Below, one piece after another: positions 1 to 11,488 of a stretch of 64,000 bases of DNA. This stretch comes from Eukaryota sp. TZLM1-RC (lineage: Eukaryota; Protista; Metamonada: BaSk clade), in assembly GCA_040285825.1 (NCBI GenBank), contig JAUPSS010000003.1, positions 1,736,001-1,800,000 on the forward strand, written 5' to 3'. The position numbers and the translations under genes are program-made. Below the pieces are notes generated by a model. The model had not been told where the DNA came from, made no database searches, and saw only the letters and a list, made by a program, of their open reading frames with translations. Each line of letters starts with the position of its first letter. The first letter of the stretch is position 1.

Positions 1-1369
1 CGGAATATCCACTTATGGATTGAATGTGTTACAATATATCACCACCTGAAGTGATTTATGAAAGCAAGTTGAACCTCATACAAACCGACTAAACCAGCTC
101 AATGGCAGTTCATTTGGTTGGAGGCTCTTAACAAGATTGCCAAAATAGCATAGTCAAATCAACTAATACATTATTCTTCAAAGTCAATGTGTGTAGGTTG
201 TTACTGAAGAGAAACTTGCTCATATTACAAAGAGTTCCAACTTACTCACATCAACTAAGACAAATGAAAGTCTATAATTAACAGAAGTCTTTACAAGAGA
301 ACAGCAACTATGATCATTGTAGTGTTATTGATTACCAAGAATCAGATCTAATACCCCTTTCTTGAAGCTAGAACAAAAACACAAACTAGACACTTCTCTC
401 TACAACGGTGGGACTCGGAGATGTCAAAACCCCATTATAATGATGCCGAAACTGTTGTACACAGCGAAGCTATCAATAGGGACCATATTGTATTGATCAA
501 ACAATTGGCTTTCATCAATTTGAACCACTAGTGATCTGAAGATTCATCCATCAGGAACTATTAAAGAAACAACCATTCTAAGGAGGTTCTGAATTACAGC
601 CTGGCAAAATTACATTCAAAATCTGTCAAAAAAATCGTAAACTAAAGTAAATCATACTTTTTATTTACAACTTTGACCGAATACTATAATTTTACAAGTA
701 ATATTTGATCCAAAATATCCGAATAAAATGATCTAATAGCAATCCGTAGACAAATGTACACATAGACAGTTCAATCTTCTAGACACTTTTTGTATTGTTG
801 GTGGTTCAACTATAATTATTAATGTTGCAACCGATGAGGCTTTATTGATTTCGAAAAGTACCGAAGTAATTACAAGATTAAAACATGCATTTGTTTGTTT
901 GGTGAAAATTATTTCTGACATAGCAAGAAAACAGATTGAGCCAATTGATGCCGTTAGGAAGAAATACCAAAAAAAGAAAAGACAGAAAAGAGCATTTATT
1001 AATCAAAATATTTGTTCGCAAAAAAAGTACCGTGTCTTCACGTGAAATCCCGAGACACCTAATAGCCTAGTTGACCAACAACAACAACATTTGTTAAACG
1101 TTGTCACCTTGAAGAAGTTCAGACTACAAGAAATTCAGGAAAATCATTTGAAGAAGGAATTATTGACTTAACTCAAGGAAGTCAGGGAAGCCATTATCGG
1201 CGATACTTTGATGAACTTCCTATCAATGGTCACAATGTTTTTCCCTTTCCCCAGTCAGAGTTGATTTTGAAGTTGTTTGCTTATGTGAAACATTGTTTAA
1301 CTCCAACATTTATTAAGGGTAAAAATCTTTATTATACTCAATCAGCCAAGCCATTGAAATTTCTCTGAA

Positions 1370-1416
1370 ATTGAATGGTTCTGTTACTATTTTATATAGT
1401 AACAGAACCATTCAAT
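1370..1416. repeat. Perfect 21-bp inverted repeat (hairpin) with 5-nt loop
   Basis: ATTGAATGGTTCTGTTACTAT (1370-1390), loop TTTAT, ATAGTAACAGAACCATTCAAT (1396-1416). Confidence 0.9.
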
Positions 1417-1559
1417 CATTTTGTTCCCATGATGGAAAACTTTTGTCAGTCAGTAATCCTTTTCCGTTGACAACTACGATGATTTCACAGCATATAAGAC
1501 ACGATATTGGCTCAACGAAAGATCTATGAAGTTAAAAGGGAGAACAAATGACATAAGAT

Positions 1560-2408
1560 CATCAGTTTTTACCGAAATACTAACTGATAAGGTATTAGAA
1601 TGATAAAAACGTGAGACTAAAGGCTGCTTTCAATTGAAATTTTCCTCAATTGCAACAGACGGGATTGCTTGCTCAGTGGTTTTAATTGGTAAAATCATGG
1701 TTGATGAAAATTTAAATGCTTATAAGAATTTTACCTGCAAGACGTTAGCGTACCCAGAGAGATACATGCATTCCTTGTCTGAAAATGTGGAAAGGTTGAA
1801 GTTAAAAGATAAAAGAATAGTTGCCATCGACCCTAACGAGTACGATTTAATGCACTGTATTTCTTTAAATCCTGCTGTAACTGTTACCCCATAACAAATT
1901 TCACAAGATGTGTTTTATAAAAAAAGACAACTTCCAGAAATCAAAAGCAAAAAACGCAAAGGTATTAAAAGAAGAAAGAAACAAGTACAAAACCTATCAA
2001 TCCAAGGGAAATTTTGAAGAATGTGTCAATGATTCTAGTATTAAAGTGTTAGGTCCTAAGGGCAAACGACAATTAAAAAGAAAAGCAAAAAAGTTAAAAC
2101 AAGAAATTGAATTATTGAATCAAAGGAATCCTACTAGAAAAAGAGATTTTCAACGAAAATGGGATGAACAGAAGGATTCATTAGAAGTAAAAGCAGAATC
2201 AACATTGTGGGGTTTAGTGAAGTGTCAGACGTGCAGCATGTATTGGTATAGAAACTTGAACTCTGCCATAAATATATATTCCATTATAACAGCTGCAATC
2301 AACGGTGAAGGTAGACCATCCATTTTCGAGAGACCAAAAACTCACACAAAAGATTTCGAGAATGCATCATCTACTTCACAGAATGATCAGAAACAGAAAA
2401 CTGCTTAG
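1560..2408 (+). pseudogene. Degenerate Fanzor (eukaryotic TnpB-like RNA-guided nuclease), Fanzor1-like
   Basis: ORF 1634-1894 has FSSIATDGIACSVVL and RuvC-I-like IVAIDPN; ORF 1908-2408 has LWGLVKCQTC (Zn ribbon), WYRNLNSAINI (RuvC-III-like, D>N) and GEGRP. Interrupted by a stop/frameshift; RuvC-II not recognisable. Confidence 0.75.
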
Positions 2409-2644
2409 AAGGACAAAAAACCGAGAAGATGTGTTCTATGTCGTGGAGAAGGCCACAACAGAAGAAGCTGTCCATCGCAAGTTCCTGAAACAAGCACAAC
2501 CTCATCGAGTGTCAAAAGAAGACAGGGAGGAACTAAGAAGAGAGTAGTCAAAAAGATCTCTGTAGAAGAAAATATCTTTTTCAATATAATTTTTAAACAA
2601 CGTGACAGCTCAATAGTGCCTGGTATTGTAATGAAGAATTTTCA

Positions 2645-4870
2645 ACAAAATATTATCTGGTCAACTCAAATACCCAGAAGAATTAAGAAGTTCTCGTTTG
2701 ACTGCACTTTTCAAAAATTCAAAAATGGATGTTCGTCCTATCGCAGTCTCTGAGAGCTTACACAATATTTTTTCTGCGTGTTGCTTAAGCAGGTTCAATG
2801 AGAAAGCAAAAAAAATTTATTACCCTTTCAATATGGTATTAATACCACAGATGGAGTCTCTTCAGCGATATTTGCTACTGATGTTTTATTTCGCCAACAT
2901 GAATCCAATGTTTGTATGTCATTGGATTTTAGTAATGCTTTCAATTCACTAAGTCTTCGCAGTATCCATTGTGCGCTATTCCAATATATGCCGGAATTAA
3001 TACCGTATTTTCAATCAACATATTGCACATATTCTAATTTACATTTTGGTAATAACATTTTGAGTTCATCAAGTGGTGTAAAGCAAGGAGATCCATTAGG
3101 GCCTCTTTTGTTTTGTTTGGCCATTCATCCTATTTTGCTGCAAGTTCAAGAGATTTTTCCTTTACTAAAAATGATTGCATATATGGATGATGTTGTGCTT
3201 ATTGGTGATTTAAATATTGTGAAACAAGCAACTGTATGTTTTAAAGAATTATTTACCAAAATTGGTCTCCGACTTGATTTACTTAAATGTGATTTGTTAT
3301 CGAATTCTCCAGTTTCCACAATGGTTGATGGTATTGAAATTCAAGTCAAATTATATTCCATTGATGCTATTTGGGTTCGTTTTTAGGAAATAATGATGAA
3401 ATTACCGAAAAATTGTTTGAAAAGTTGAACTCAATTTCTGACAAAATTGACCGAATGATGAGTTTAGATGTAAAAAAACACATCAAATTTACCATTAAAA
3501 GACTGTGTTTTAGTTCCAATTTTAATCATGTATTTCGATCTACAAATCCTCTCGTCACTAGACCTTGGGCTCAGAAGTTTAATGAGTTACGTGCAAAAGT
3601 TTTGTCTCAATTACTGGAATGTAAAATGCTTCAAATTCCAGATCATGCTTACCTTAGTTCACATTATAGCGGTTTAGGGTGGACGAAGGCTTCTATTCTT
3701 ACCTCGTGTGCTTTTGTTGGTGGATGCAGCAATGCAATCTTTGAGTTTTCCGAAAGATTTGCAGATTGGGAAGATTTATTGATGACAACGCAAAGTTCCA
3801 CTGTTTTTGCATTAAATGAAGAAATTTCAAAAATTGATGTAGAAAAATGGGGTCGATGTTTTCCCCAATCATTCAATGGCAATATTCCAGAAAAAAATGT
3901 TTTAAATTTGAAGTACACTCTTCGAACATTACAGAAACGATTGACTGGAATATATGAAAAAGATCTTTATAATAATATATGCAGCTCGGCTGTTTTAAAT
4001 CAAGATCTTCACTCATTGTTATTGGAAAAGGGTGTTTGTGAAAACAAGTCGTCAGATTCTTCACTTTTTGTAACTATTGTACCACGAAGATTTGAATTGT
4101 GTGCCACTAATGAAGCATTTGTAACAAAAATGAGATTATATTTGAACATCCCCATTAACCAATTATTATCAAAAGAAAAATGTATTTGTTCGAATTCACC
4201 TCAACTCACTTTGCTCCATGCTCTAAATTGCTCTAAATTGATAACTTATCGTTCTTCATTACATGATGCTGTTAGAGACACTGTTTTCAATATGGCACAA
4301 ACTGCAAGGATATCGTGTATCAAAGAGCCCATGCTGAAGGAAACACTTTCTCTGAATAATTTTGGTTCTGATGATAGAGGTGATGTATACTGTGATTGGA
4401 TTGATAATTCTGAAGCTATTGATGACTTTGTCTCATGTAATGTTGCAAACGATACTTTGGTTCACAGAAGAAAACTGAATCCTGTGGCTGCTCTGGATTT
4501 TAAAGCAAAAGAAAAACATAGAAAATATGATAAAGAAAGTGAAGATGCAAATGGCGATAGAAATACACAGCTGGTTTTTATTGCTTTCCCATTTTCGATA
4601 AATGGAAGATTATCAGATGAAGCAGAAACTTTTTTGGATGACTTCCAAAAAATGGTGAAAGAAAAAACAATGAAAAGATTTTATATTTTTTTATGGCGTT
4701 CACGGATTCAATTTGCCATTATTAATAGACTACCACGGTTTTCAATCGAATAAGAGAAGCTTTAGCTAGACAGCAAGCAGATCAAGATTTTGTAGAGGAA
4801 ATCTTGGTTCAATGATAGTCGTCCCCTTAGTATTGAGTTAATTTAATTAAGTGTGCAAATTCAATAAATA
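2645..4870 (+). mobile_element. 5'-truncated non-LTR retrotransposon (family A): RT + restriction-like endonuclease, CRE-like
   Basis: RT motifs VRPIAVSE, LDFSNAFNS, GVKQGDPLGP, YMDD; C-terminal C-x-C..H..C, HDAVRD, EP, RGD, K..KY RLE motifs; frameshifts; AATAAA near 4863. Confidence 0.9.
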
Positions 4871-4872
4871 CA

Positions 4873-5628
4873 ATGAAGAATGGATTTTCAATGGCGAATT
4901 CAAGGTTTGGTAAATTCATTTGGATTTGCCCTCACAGTCTTAAAACCATTATTATAGACAATATCTGTTTCAATGACCAGGTAATGTTCTTCCCAAATTG
5001 GATATGTACACATCATCGCAATGGTACTGCTGTTGCGGAGGATTCTTTGCAGCAAGAATGCTCTTTTGTTGTTCTTGTTGGCAACAGTTCGCCTTTGCCT
5101 TTGTTCAACTATGCTGTACAAGGTGCTCTTCGCAATATTAGAACTGTTTGGCTTATGAGTAACCCCAGATATAACTCCCTTTTCCAGATAAGACCTTCTT
5201 TGGATCACCAGACCCTTAAGAAAATCTCCTTCAAGTTTGTTTCATCATATTCTGACGTTATCCTCTATTTTGCCAATATTCATTTATTAGAAGATCATGA
5301 ATTACCGTCTCTTCTGTTTCTGGATGAATTTCAACTCTCATGCACTGGTACTGAGTACTCACCACAGATGTTTGCTCGGACCCTTGCGTTTGCCCTGGAT
5401 GCGGCCAATCATGTAACAGACAGAAAGAAGAAACTTGATGAAGCTGATGAAGGGTGTTTAATTGTGGTTTCGGTTGATGTATTAGATTCGATTCCGGGGA
5501 ATATTTTAAAAAAGTTTGGAAGTTATTTTTTGTTTGTGAATGAAATTTCCAGTGGTTTCAAGGTAGATTTGCAATATTCTGATAGTATTCATAAGCAGTT
5601 TCTATTTGAAGGAACCATGGATTCTTAG
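4873..5628 (+). CDS. SWSAP1-like (Shu complex RAD51-paralog-like) protein; true start may be the ATG at 4984
   Basis: Pattern LFNYA..VWLM..LKKISFKF..DVILYFANIH..PSLLFLDEF resembles SWSAP1; Walker A degenerate. Confidence 0.55.
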   Translation: MKNGFSMANSRFGKFIWICPHSLKTIIIDNICFNDQVMFFPNWICTHHRNGTAVAEDSLQQECSFVVLVGNSSPLPLFNYAVQGALRNIRTVWLMSNPRYNSLFQIRPSLDHQTLKKISFKFVSSYSDVILYFANIHLLEDHELPSLLFLDEFQLSCTGTEYSPQMFARTLAFALDAANHVTDRKKKLDEADEGCLIVVSVDVLDSIPGNILKKFGSYFLFVNEISSGFKVDLQYSDSIHKQFLFEGTMDS

Positions 5629-6027
5629 ATTTTGGTTTGCTATTTTTTTAATATAAATATTTTTATTTTGTTCGCTAATTTACTCATTAAATCAATGGTA
5701 TAATATTTCATTCTTTATCTGGATTTTTTTAATTTATACTATTTCGATTTTTGAGGGGTTTGTTCGGAAAAGCAACGATTATTGTGCCCTTTGGTTCATT
5801 GATTTAAACAAAACTTTCATCATATAGAGCCATTAACTTGAGAAACTGAATAATGGATGTTGATAGCTCATACTTGAACCAAAATTTTTATCTATTAACC
5901 TATTCAATTCATGAGGTTTGTTAGCTTTGGCGGTCACAAACAAAGTAAGCGAGAAAATTAGAATTTTTTTGGAAAGGAGAATGTAATGGAAACTATTTGA
6001 TATGGAATCCTATCAATTTAGCAAGTA

Positions 6028-6076
6028 TCAACATCACGGCAATTTTATAATATTATAAATAGGGCGGTGATGTTGA
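6028..6076. repeat. Intergenic hairpin
   Basis: TCAACATCAC / GTGATGTTGA 10-bp stem enclosing palindromic TTTATAATATTATAAA. Confidence 0.6.
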
Positions 6077-6347
6077 AGGGCTTCTGAATTTGTGATAATT
6101 TTAAATGTATATAGTTTTATTCATTTTGCTACAATGAACTCGTAGCATTGAATATTAATATTGGTTTAATATTGGCAAACACTCATAAACTTGAGAAATT
6201 TTGTTGAAATCTTGCATTTATTGAAAAGATGCATTCTCGATTTATAATGATAAATTATGAAAAAAAGTAAAACACAAACACAAAAAATGACTAATTATGA
6301 AAAAAAACTATACCAAAAAATTAATTAAATAAATAATATTAAAAAAA

Positions 6348-9221
6348 CTAAATATATAAACTGGCACTGAAAGCAATATCTCTTTTTATAGATTTTATCG
6401 CAGCCACAAACTTGAGCTCAAGTTCATCATTGCAAATATTCTTGGCAACAACACTTAACTGACGTAGAAGCTCATCCAACCGCTTAATAACTTTGATGAT
6501 TTGGCCTTCAAATTCCTCAGTTTGATCCATAATATCCTTAAAACTTGCCCCCTCGCTCCAATCCATAACAATTTTCATCATTGAAGGTTTGAATTTGGCG
6601 ACATAGTCATCTACAGAGATATCTAGTCGAGCTTGCTGAGCAGCTTCTCCAACAGTCTTGGCCCGTGATAGTAAATCTTCATAAACTGACTTAATGGAGG
6701 CTGGAATTGCATATTCTTTGTTTTTCTTTTCCTTACGTTCATCAATGGCAAAGCAAGACAAAAGACCATTGATCTGAGTTGGAGTTAGTGGTAAAAAGGT
6801 ACCATCCAAGATTAGTTCAGCCAACATCAGCTCATCGCCTGTGCTTATTTCAGCAGCAACTCTTCCTTTGGTGGTGACACCATTGTCGTCTACAAAGCCA
6901 AGTGTTCGTAATACACGTTTCATTCCAGTCAATTCTGATTGGAGCAAGACTTTCTGAGAAGTCCGTATCTCATTTTGGATTTTCTCTTTATTTTCTTTCA
7001 ATTTTTGCGACTTAACGTATTTTTCAAATGATGGTAAAATATTGTCCTGTTTGTAATAAACATGATCACGTAACATTTCATCAACATCAACTAATTGGAG
7101 ATAAGCATCATCAAGTTCATCTGATTTGATTTTCATATCTTTAAGAGGATCAAGGAGTGGTAAATCGCCTCTAAAATGACTAACTATATGTTCTAAATTC
7201 CCCATTAATTGCTTTTTCCCCTCTAAAGAGTCCAATTTGGTAGCACTAACTTGTAATCGTAGTCTAGAAATCGCGCTTATACAGTCCAAATCAAACGTCA
7301 CTACTTCAGGTTTCTTTTCAAGAGGTTTAGCATTAGACTTACATGGTAATTGATTGTAATTATCAGTAGCATCTGTATTAACGAGGCATCGAACTTGGTG
7401 AATTACAGTTTCCCCAATCTGACTCCTTGTTGTTTCAATGACAACTCCCCAACCATATTCTAAAGTTGAATCATCTTGTTCTGAATTGCTCCAAGACACA
7501 TTATGAGGTCGTTTTAGTTTAACAGGTCGTAGAGGATTCAGAAAGGGGATAATATTGGTGGGTTCGACTATAATAGAAAGTATTTTAGCTTCAAGCTCTT
7601 CTTTTACAGAGTTTAAAGTATATAGACTCTCGAATTCTTCTAAATCTACATCATAACGTTCCAAATCTTGGTAAATATCCTTAATTTCTTGTTCTAATTC
7701 CTCAACTTTAGCTTCTAGTTCAGGAATTTGTCGACTTTTTTGAAAAGATAGATAACTCTTGTCTATCAAATCCTCTGCAGTGATTTCCTCTACTCTCATT
7801 GTGTTCAAAATCATATTATAACTTAAATGAAACTTTGAATCTAAAGTATTACTCCTCCCCATCATCATTTCCTTCATCTCAGGCGGCTCAACTCTATCAT
7901 TAAGCATGACAATAACTAAACCTTCCGTATCTTTACCCCTTCTTCCCGCTCTTCCACTCATTTGAATATACTCCCCACTATTGAGTTTTCGTTCAGATAC
8001 ACCATCAAACTTTGTGATATCTGTAAATACGACAGTTTTTGCAGGCATGTTGAGCCCCATAGAAAAAGTTTCAGTCGCAAAAAGCACCTTAACCAAGCCT
8101 TCTTGGAATAAAATCTCCGTTACTTCTTTTAGTATTGGAAATAATCCTGAATGATGAATCCCAATTCCTTGTTTAAGTAAAGGAAGTGATGATTTGATAG
8201 CAGGGATTTGCTTATCGTCCTCAGAAAGACCTTCAATTGCCGCATTAAAGATGAAATCAACTTGAAACTTTTCATCACTAGTGGTAAGATCAAATTTCTG
8301 AATCGAAAGGGCATTAGTTTCACACTCTTTGCGTGCGAATGAGAAAATAATGACTGGGAAGTAATTAAATTCTTTTAAATGCTTAATTAAAGTATTAAGT
8401 TCTAAATCCAACCTTCCCTTTTTCTTCCTCCCACCCCTCCTCAACTCCATTTGGCTCGTATTACTAGCCTTTTCGCTAATTAAACCAATGGCCTGTGCAA
8501 ACTTATCATCATTAAACTTGCCAGATTTATCGATAACATTGACAAACTTCGAGCTTCCTTGGGGGAAAACATAATGCAAAAGTGGAGTAGGTCTGAAATC
8601 CGTGTGAACGACAGTAACTGGTTGTTTATGGACACTTTCCACCCACCCAGCAAATTCCTTGGCATTGGGGACGGTAGCTGAAAGGAAAACAAAACGTACA
8701 GTGGATGGTAGCAATATCAGTGTTTCTTCCCAGACCACACCCCTTTCAGGATCCATTAGGTAATGAACCTCATCAAAAACAACCCATGCTACCTCTTTAA
8801 CGACTTCTGATCCCCTGTAGAGCATGGAACGAAGGATTTCAGTGGTCATCACGAGGCATTGTGCGTTGGGAGAGATGGTGACGTCACCAGTCATTAGGCC
8901 AACGTCTTTGAATTCGGATTGGAAGTCACGGTACTTCTGGTTAGAAAGAGCTTTGATAGGGGAGGTGTAGACAACACGTTGGGAGTTGCGAATGGACTGG
9001 GCAATAGCGTATTCAGCGACAACGGTTTTACCAGCGGAGGTATGAGCAGAAACCAGCACAGATTGTTGATTTTCAATGCAAGTGACAGCTTCACGTTGGA
9101 AAGAGTCGAGTTCAAAGGGATAGACTTTTGCAGGAGTTTTTTCAGGAGAAGGGCGCTTAGAAGGTTCAACAGGAAGATCTGCCTCACTGTGAAGTCGCTT
9201 AGATACAGTGACTTCCGCCAT
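6348..9221 (-). CDS. MTR4: Exosome RNA helicase MTR4 (Ski2-like DExH)
   Basis: SAHTSAGKT, YTSPIKALSNQK, DEVH, QMSGRAGRRG, arch/KOW insertion, C-terminal KRDIAFSASLY. Confidence 0.97.
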   Translation of the reverse strand: MAEVTVSKRLHSEADLPVEPSKRPSPEKTPAKVYPFELDSFQREAVTCIENQQSVLVSAHTSAGKTVVAEYAIAQSIRNSQRVVYTSPIKALSNQKYRDFQSEFKDVGLMTGDVTISPNAQCLVMTTEILRSMLYRGSEVVKEVAWVVFDEVHYLMDPERGVVWEETLILLPSTVRFVFLSATVPNAKEFAGWVESVHKQPVTVVHTDFRPTPLLHYVFPQGSSKFVNVIDKSGKFNDDKFAQAIGLISEKASNTSQMELRRGGRKKKGRLDLELNTLIKHLKEFNYFPVIIFSFARKECETNALSIQKFDLTTSDEKFQVDFIFNAAIEGLSEDDKQIPAIKSSLPLLKQGIGIHHSGLFPILKEVTEILFQEGLVKVLFATETFSMGLNMPAKTVVFTDITKFDGVSERKLNSGEYIQMSGRAGRRGKDTEGLVIVMLNDRVEPPEMKEMMMGRSNTLDSKFHLSYNMILNTMRVEEITAEDLIDKSYLSFQKSRQIPELEAKVEELEQEIKDIYQDLERYDVDLEEFESLYTLNSVKEELEAKILSIIVEPTNIIPFLNPLRPVKLKRPHNVSWSNSEQDDSTLEYGWGVVIETTRSQIGETVIHQVRCLVNTDATDNYNQLPCKSNAKPLEKKPEVVTFDLDCISAISRLRLQVSATKLDSLEGKKQLMGNLEHIVSHFRGDLPLLDPLKDMKIKSDELDDAYLQLVDVDEMLRDHVYYKQDNILPSFEKYVKSQKLKENKEKIQNEIRTSQKVLLQSELTGMKRVLRTLGFVDDNGVTTKGRVAAEISTGDELMLAELILDGTFLPLTPTQINGLLSCFAIDERKEKKNKEYAIPASIKSVYEDLLSRAKTVGEAAQQARLDISVDDYVAKFKPSMMKIVMDWSEGASFKDIMDQTEEFEGQIIKVIKRLDELLRQLSVVAKNICNDELELKFVAAIKSIKRDIAFSASLYI

Positions 9222-9299
9222 TGTTTAAGAAGTCAAAAAGTGGAAATGGAATGACTGGTTTCTATTTACTTATTTGATTCAAACGAAATTATTAAAAAC

Positions 9300-9324
9300 C
9301 ATACCTGGGCATGACGTCATGACA
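9300..9324. repeat. Orphan terminus of the hAT-type MITE family
   Basis: CATACCTGGGCATGACGTCATGACA is the exact reverse complement of 9713-9737. Confidence 0.8.
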
Positions 9325-9643
9325 CTGTCATGACAAACAGCCTTTTTGTCATGGTTCATGACAGTCTGATTTTAGTAGTTCAGTCACTTGTTATAATAGT
9401 TGAACATCACAATCAAAACTCTTTTTCATTCACTATATGTCATCAACATTGACTGAGCAATATGTTGTCATGACAACATGAAGATGATTAAATGATCGGC
9501 AAAAATCAATAGACAAAGATGGTGTTGTTATTATCCTTGAATGTAGAATCGCATACTCATTATGTCCTCTGACCAGTTGCAGTTTCCCTTCATGGCTCGC
9601 TTGGACCTCTTGCGTTATCTTTGTTGGATGATTTTGTTAAAAT

Positions 9644-9737
9644 CATACCTGGGCATGACACCCACCCTCGTTTGTCATGACAAAATGTTAATTTATTGGT
9701 TTTTAATATTGTTGTCATGACGTCATGCCCAGGTATG
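9644..9737. mobile_element. 94-bp non-autonomous hAT-type MITE
   Basis: 16-bp TIR CATACCTGGGCATGAC..GTCATGCCCAGGTATG flanked by a perfect 8-bp TSD GTTAAAAT (9636-9643, 9738-9745). Confidence 0.9.
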
Positions 9738-10865
9738 GTTAAAATTGTGAAACAACGTACTGGAAGAGTTTTTTGACAAGAGTTTTTGGCAATACAGAAT
9801 TGTATTTTCAATTTTCAAAGGTGTTGTTCCCTTATTATCTTCAACATTGTTATCTCTTGGACGCTTTAATGAAAGAAAAACTTCCAGTCAATTCTTCTTG
9901 GCTGATTTGGGTTATGAGGATACAGAATTTTAACTTTATCGTATAGCTTTTTATTGCAATTAATCATTGTCTGATGAAAAAAGACGGTGTTGTCAATCTT
10001 AATAAGTGAGTAATTTTTCAGGAGTAACAAATTTTCAAAATTAGTAATTTGATATGTTTCTCTATTTCCAATTCAGAAATTGATTGAAGCTCATTACCTA
10101 GTTTTTCAACAACTTCATTAAGATTTTTAGTTTCATCAACATTTCCTAACCAACAACCTAAAAAACGAGAAGCTTCGTGAAAATAATTGGAAAAGGAATT
10201 TTACAATTATTAATTTCAAACTTTGGAATGACTTTGTGTTTTGATTTTACAACATTTGTTATTAGCACATACCTGTGAATTCCATAATGCCTGGAATCCT
10301 TTAAGTATTTCTTTAAGTATTTGGAATTCTGGAATTCCACATCTGAAATTCCGAAATTCCAAAATGAAAAACCATAATCTATTAATGATTCTTAGAATTA
10401 ATATTGTTTGGTATGAGACTGAAATTTACCACGATTCAACAGCAATTCGTTTGCCAGATCCTGACCTGTCATCTCTAATTCTCTTAAAGAAATGATGATG
10501 GTAAATTTTATTCAATAGAAATTCAATGTTAATTAATTTTATATAAACAAAGTTGTGGATGTCTCAAGAAAGTTGATGTTTTGTTTTGAATTGTCGTTGC
10601 TTCTTTTCCTGATGAAGGTCCATCTTTGTATACGACCAAATAGTTCAGTTGACAGGAGCAAGTGGCCATACAGAAGCAACTTATGAATTTGTTGTTATGT
10701 AAGCTCGAGTAACGCCCTATGTCCTTTAGTTAACCTAAAATTTCTGCTTTAGTACCAATAAAAGTCCAATTCGATCGTGTTCATGCTTAATTCAGCTGTA
10801 ACAACATTTGGTATGTCAAAGTCCACTAAAAAAGCATGAAAAGTACTACTGACATTTATGAGTAA

Positions 10866-11375
10866 TCATTCAGAAAACCATCCTCCAATATCCTCAATGC
10901 ACTCCTTCTCAACCACAAAACGTTTAATCTTCAGGGACCGAAAGAACTGTGTAAAGTACTTGATCTCTAGCAAATCATGCAAATTAACAAGACATCCATT
11001 GTTAAAGCAGTTTACGAGAACTAAAACATCTGATTCTGAAGCATTGTCATGGTGACTGCAATCTAAAAGAAAGGCTAAACAATCAATAACACCACTACGA
11101 AGCTCAATATCCGAAATTACATACATAAATTTGAAAATGGAAGGGGTGAAGGACCTCCATAATGACATCAACGGTGAGCCCAATTCTATGAGTTCAACAA
11201 GTTGATTATGTTTTGAGGTCAACAGTATAGTTTCTTTTCCAACAGTGGGGCGACACGAGGGGAATTCATTGGTTGATAAGAGATGCTGTTCATTGATAAA
11301 GTTCTTCAAAATCATGGAGATGAACGTCTTACCAGCAGAAGGTCCCAACAACAACACTGACAAGGGTGAGGACAT
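10866..11375 (-). CDS. ARL16: ARL16-like Arf-family small GTPase (divergent)
   Basis: LLLGPSAGKT P-loop, RPTVG switch I, ELGS..W in place of DxxG as in ARL16; G4 NKxD degenerate. Confidence 0.7.
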   Translation of the reverse strand: MSSPLSVLLLGPSAGKTFISMILKNFINEQHLLSTNEFPSCRPTVGKETILLTSKHNQLVELIELGSPLMSLWRSFTPSIFKFMYVISDIELRSGVIDCLAFLLDCSHHDNASESDVLVLVNCFNNGCLVNLHDLLEIKYFTQFFRSLKIKRFVVEKECIEDIGGWFSE

Positions 11376-11488
11376 TGGTGAACATTGAGGTGCACGTTAT
11401 TGTAAACAAAAAGAATCTGCATTGGTTCAAAAAACACAACACCTTTTCATATAAAGCGCTTCTTCACTTTGCTTAAGTATCTTTAAGA

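Noticed and set aside
1-1350. Coding-like sequence, possibly the transposase or N-terminus of the first Fanzor element
   Set aside because: All frames are interrupted and no motif was recognised.
10180-10365. Clustered GGAATT/AATTCC motifs as a MITE
   Set aside because: No clear termini or TSD could be defined.
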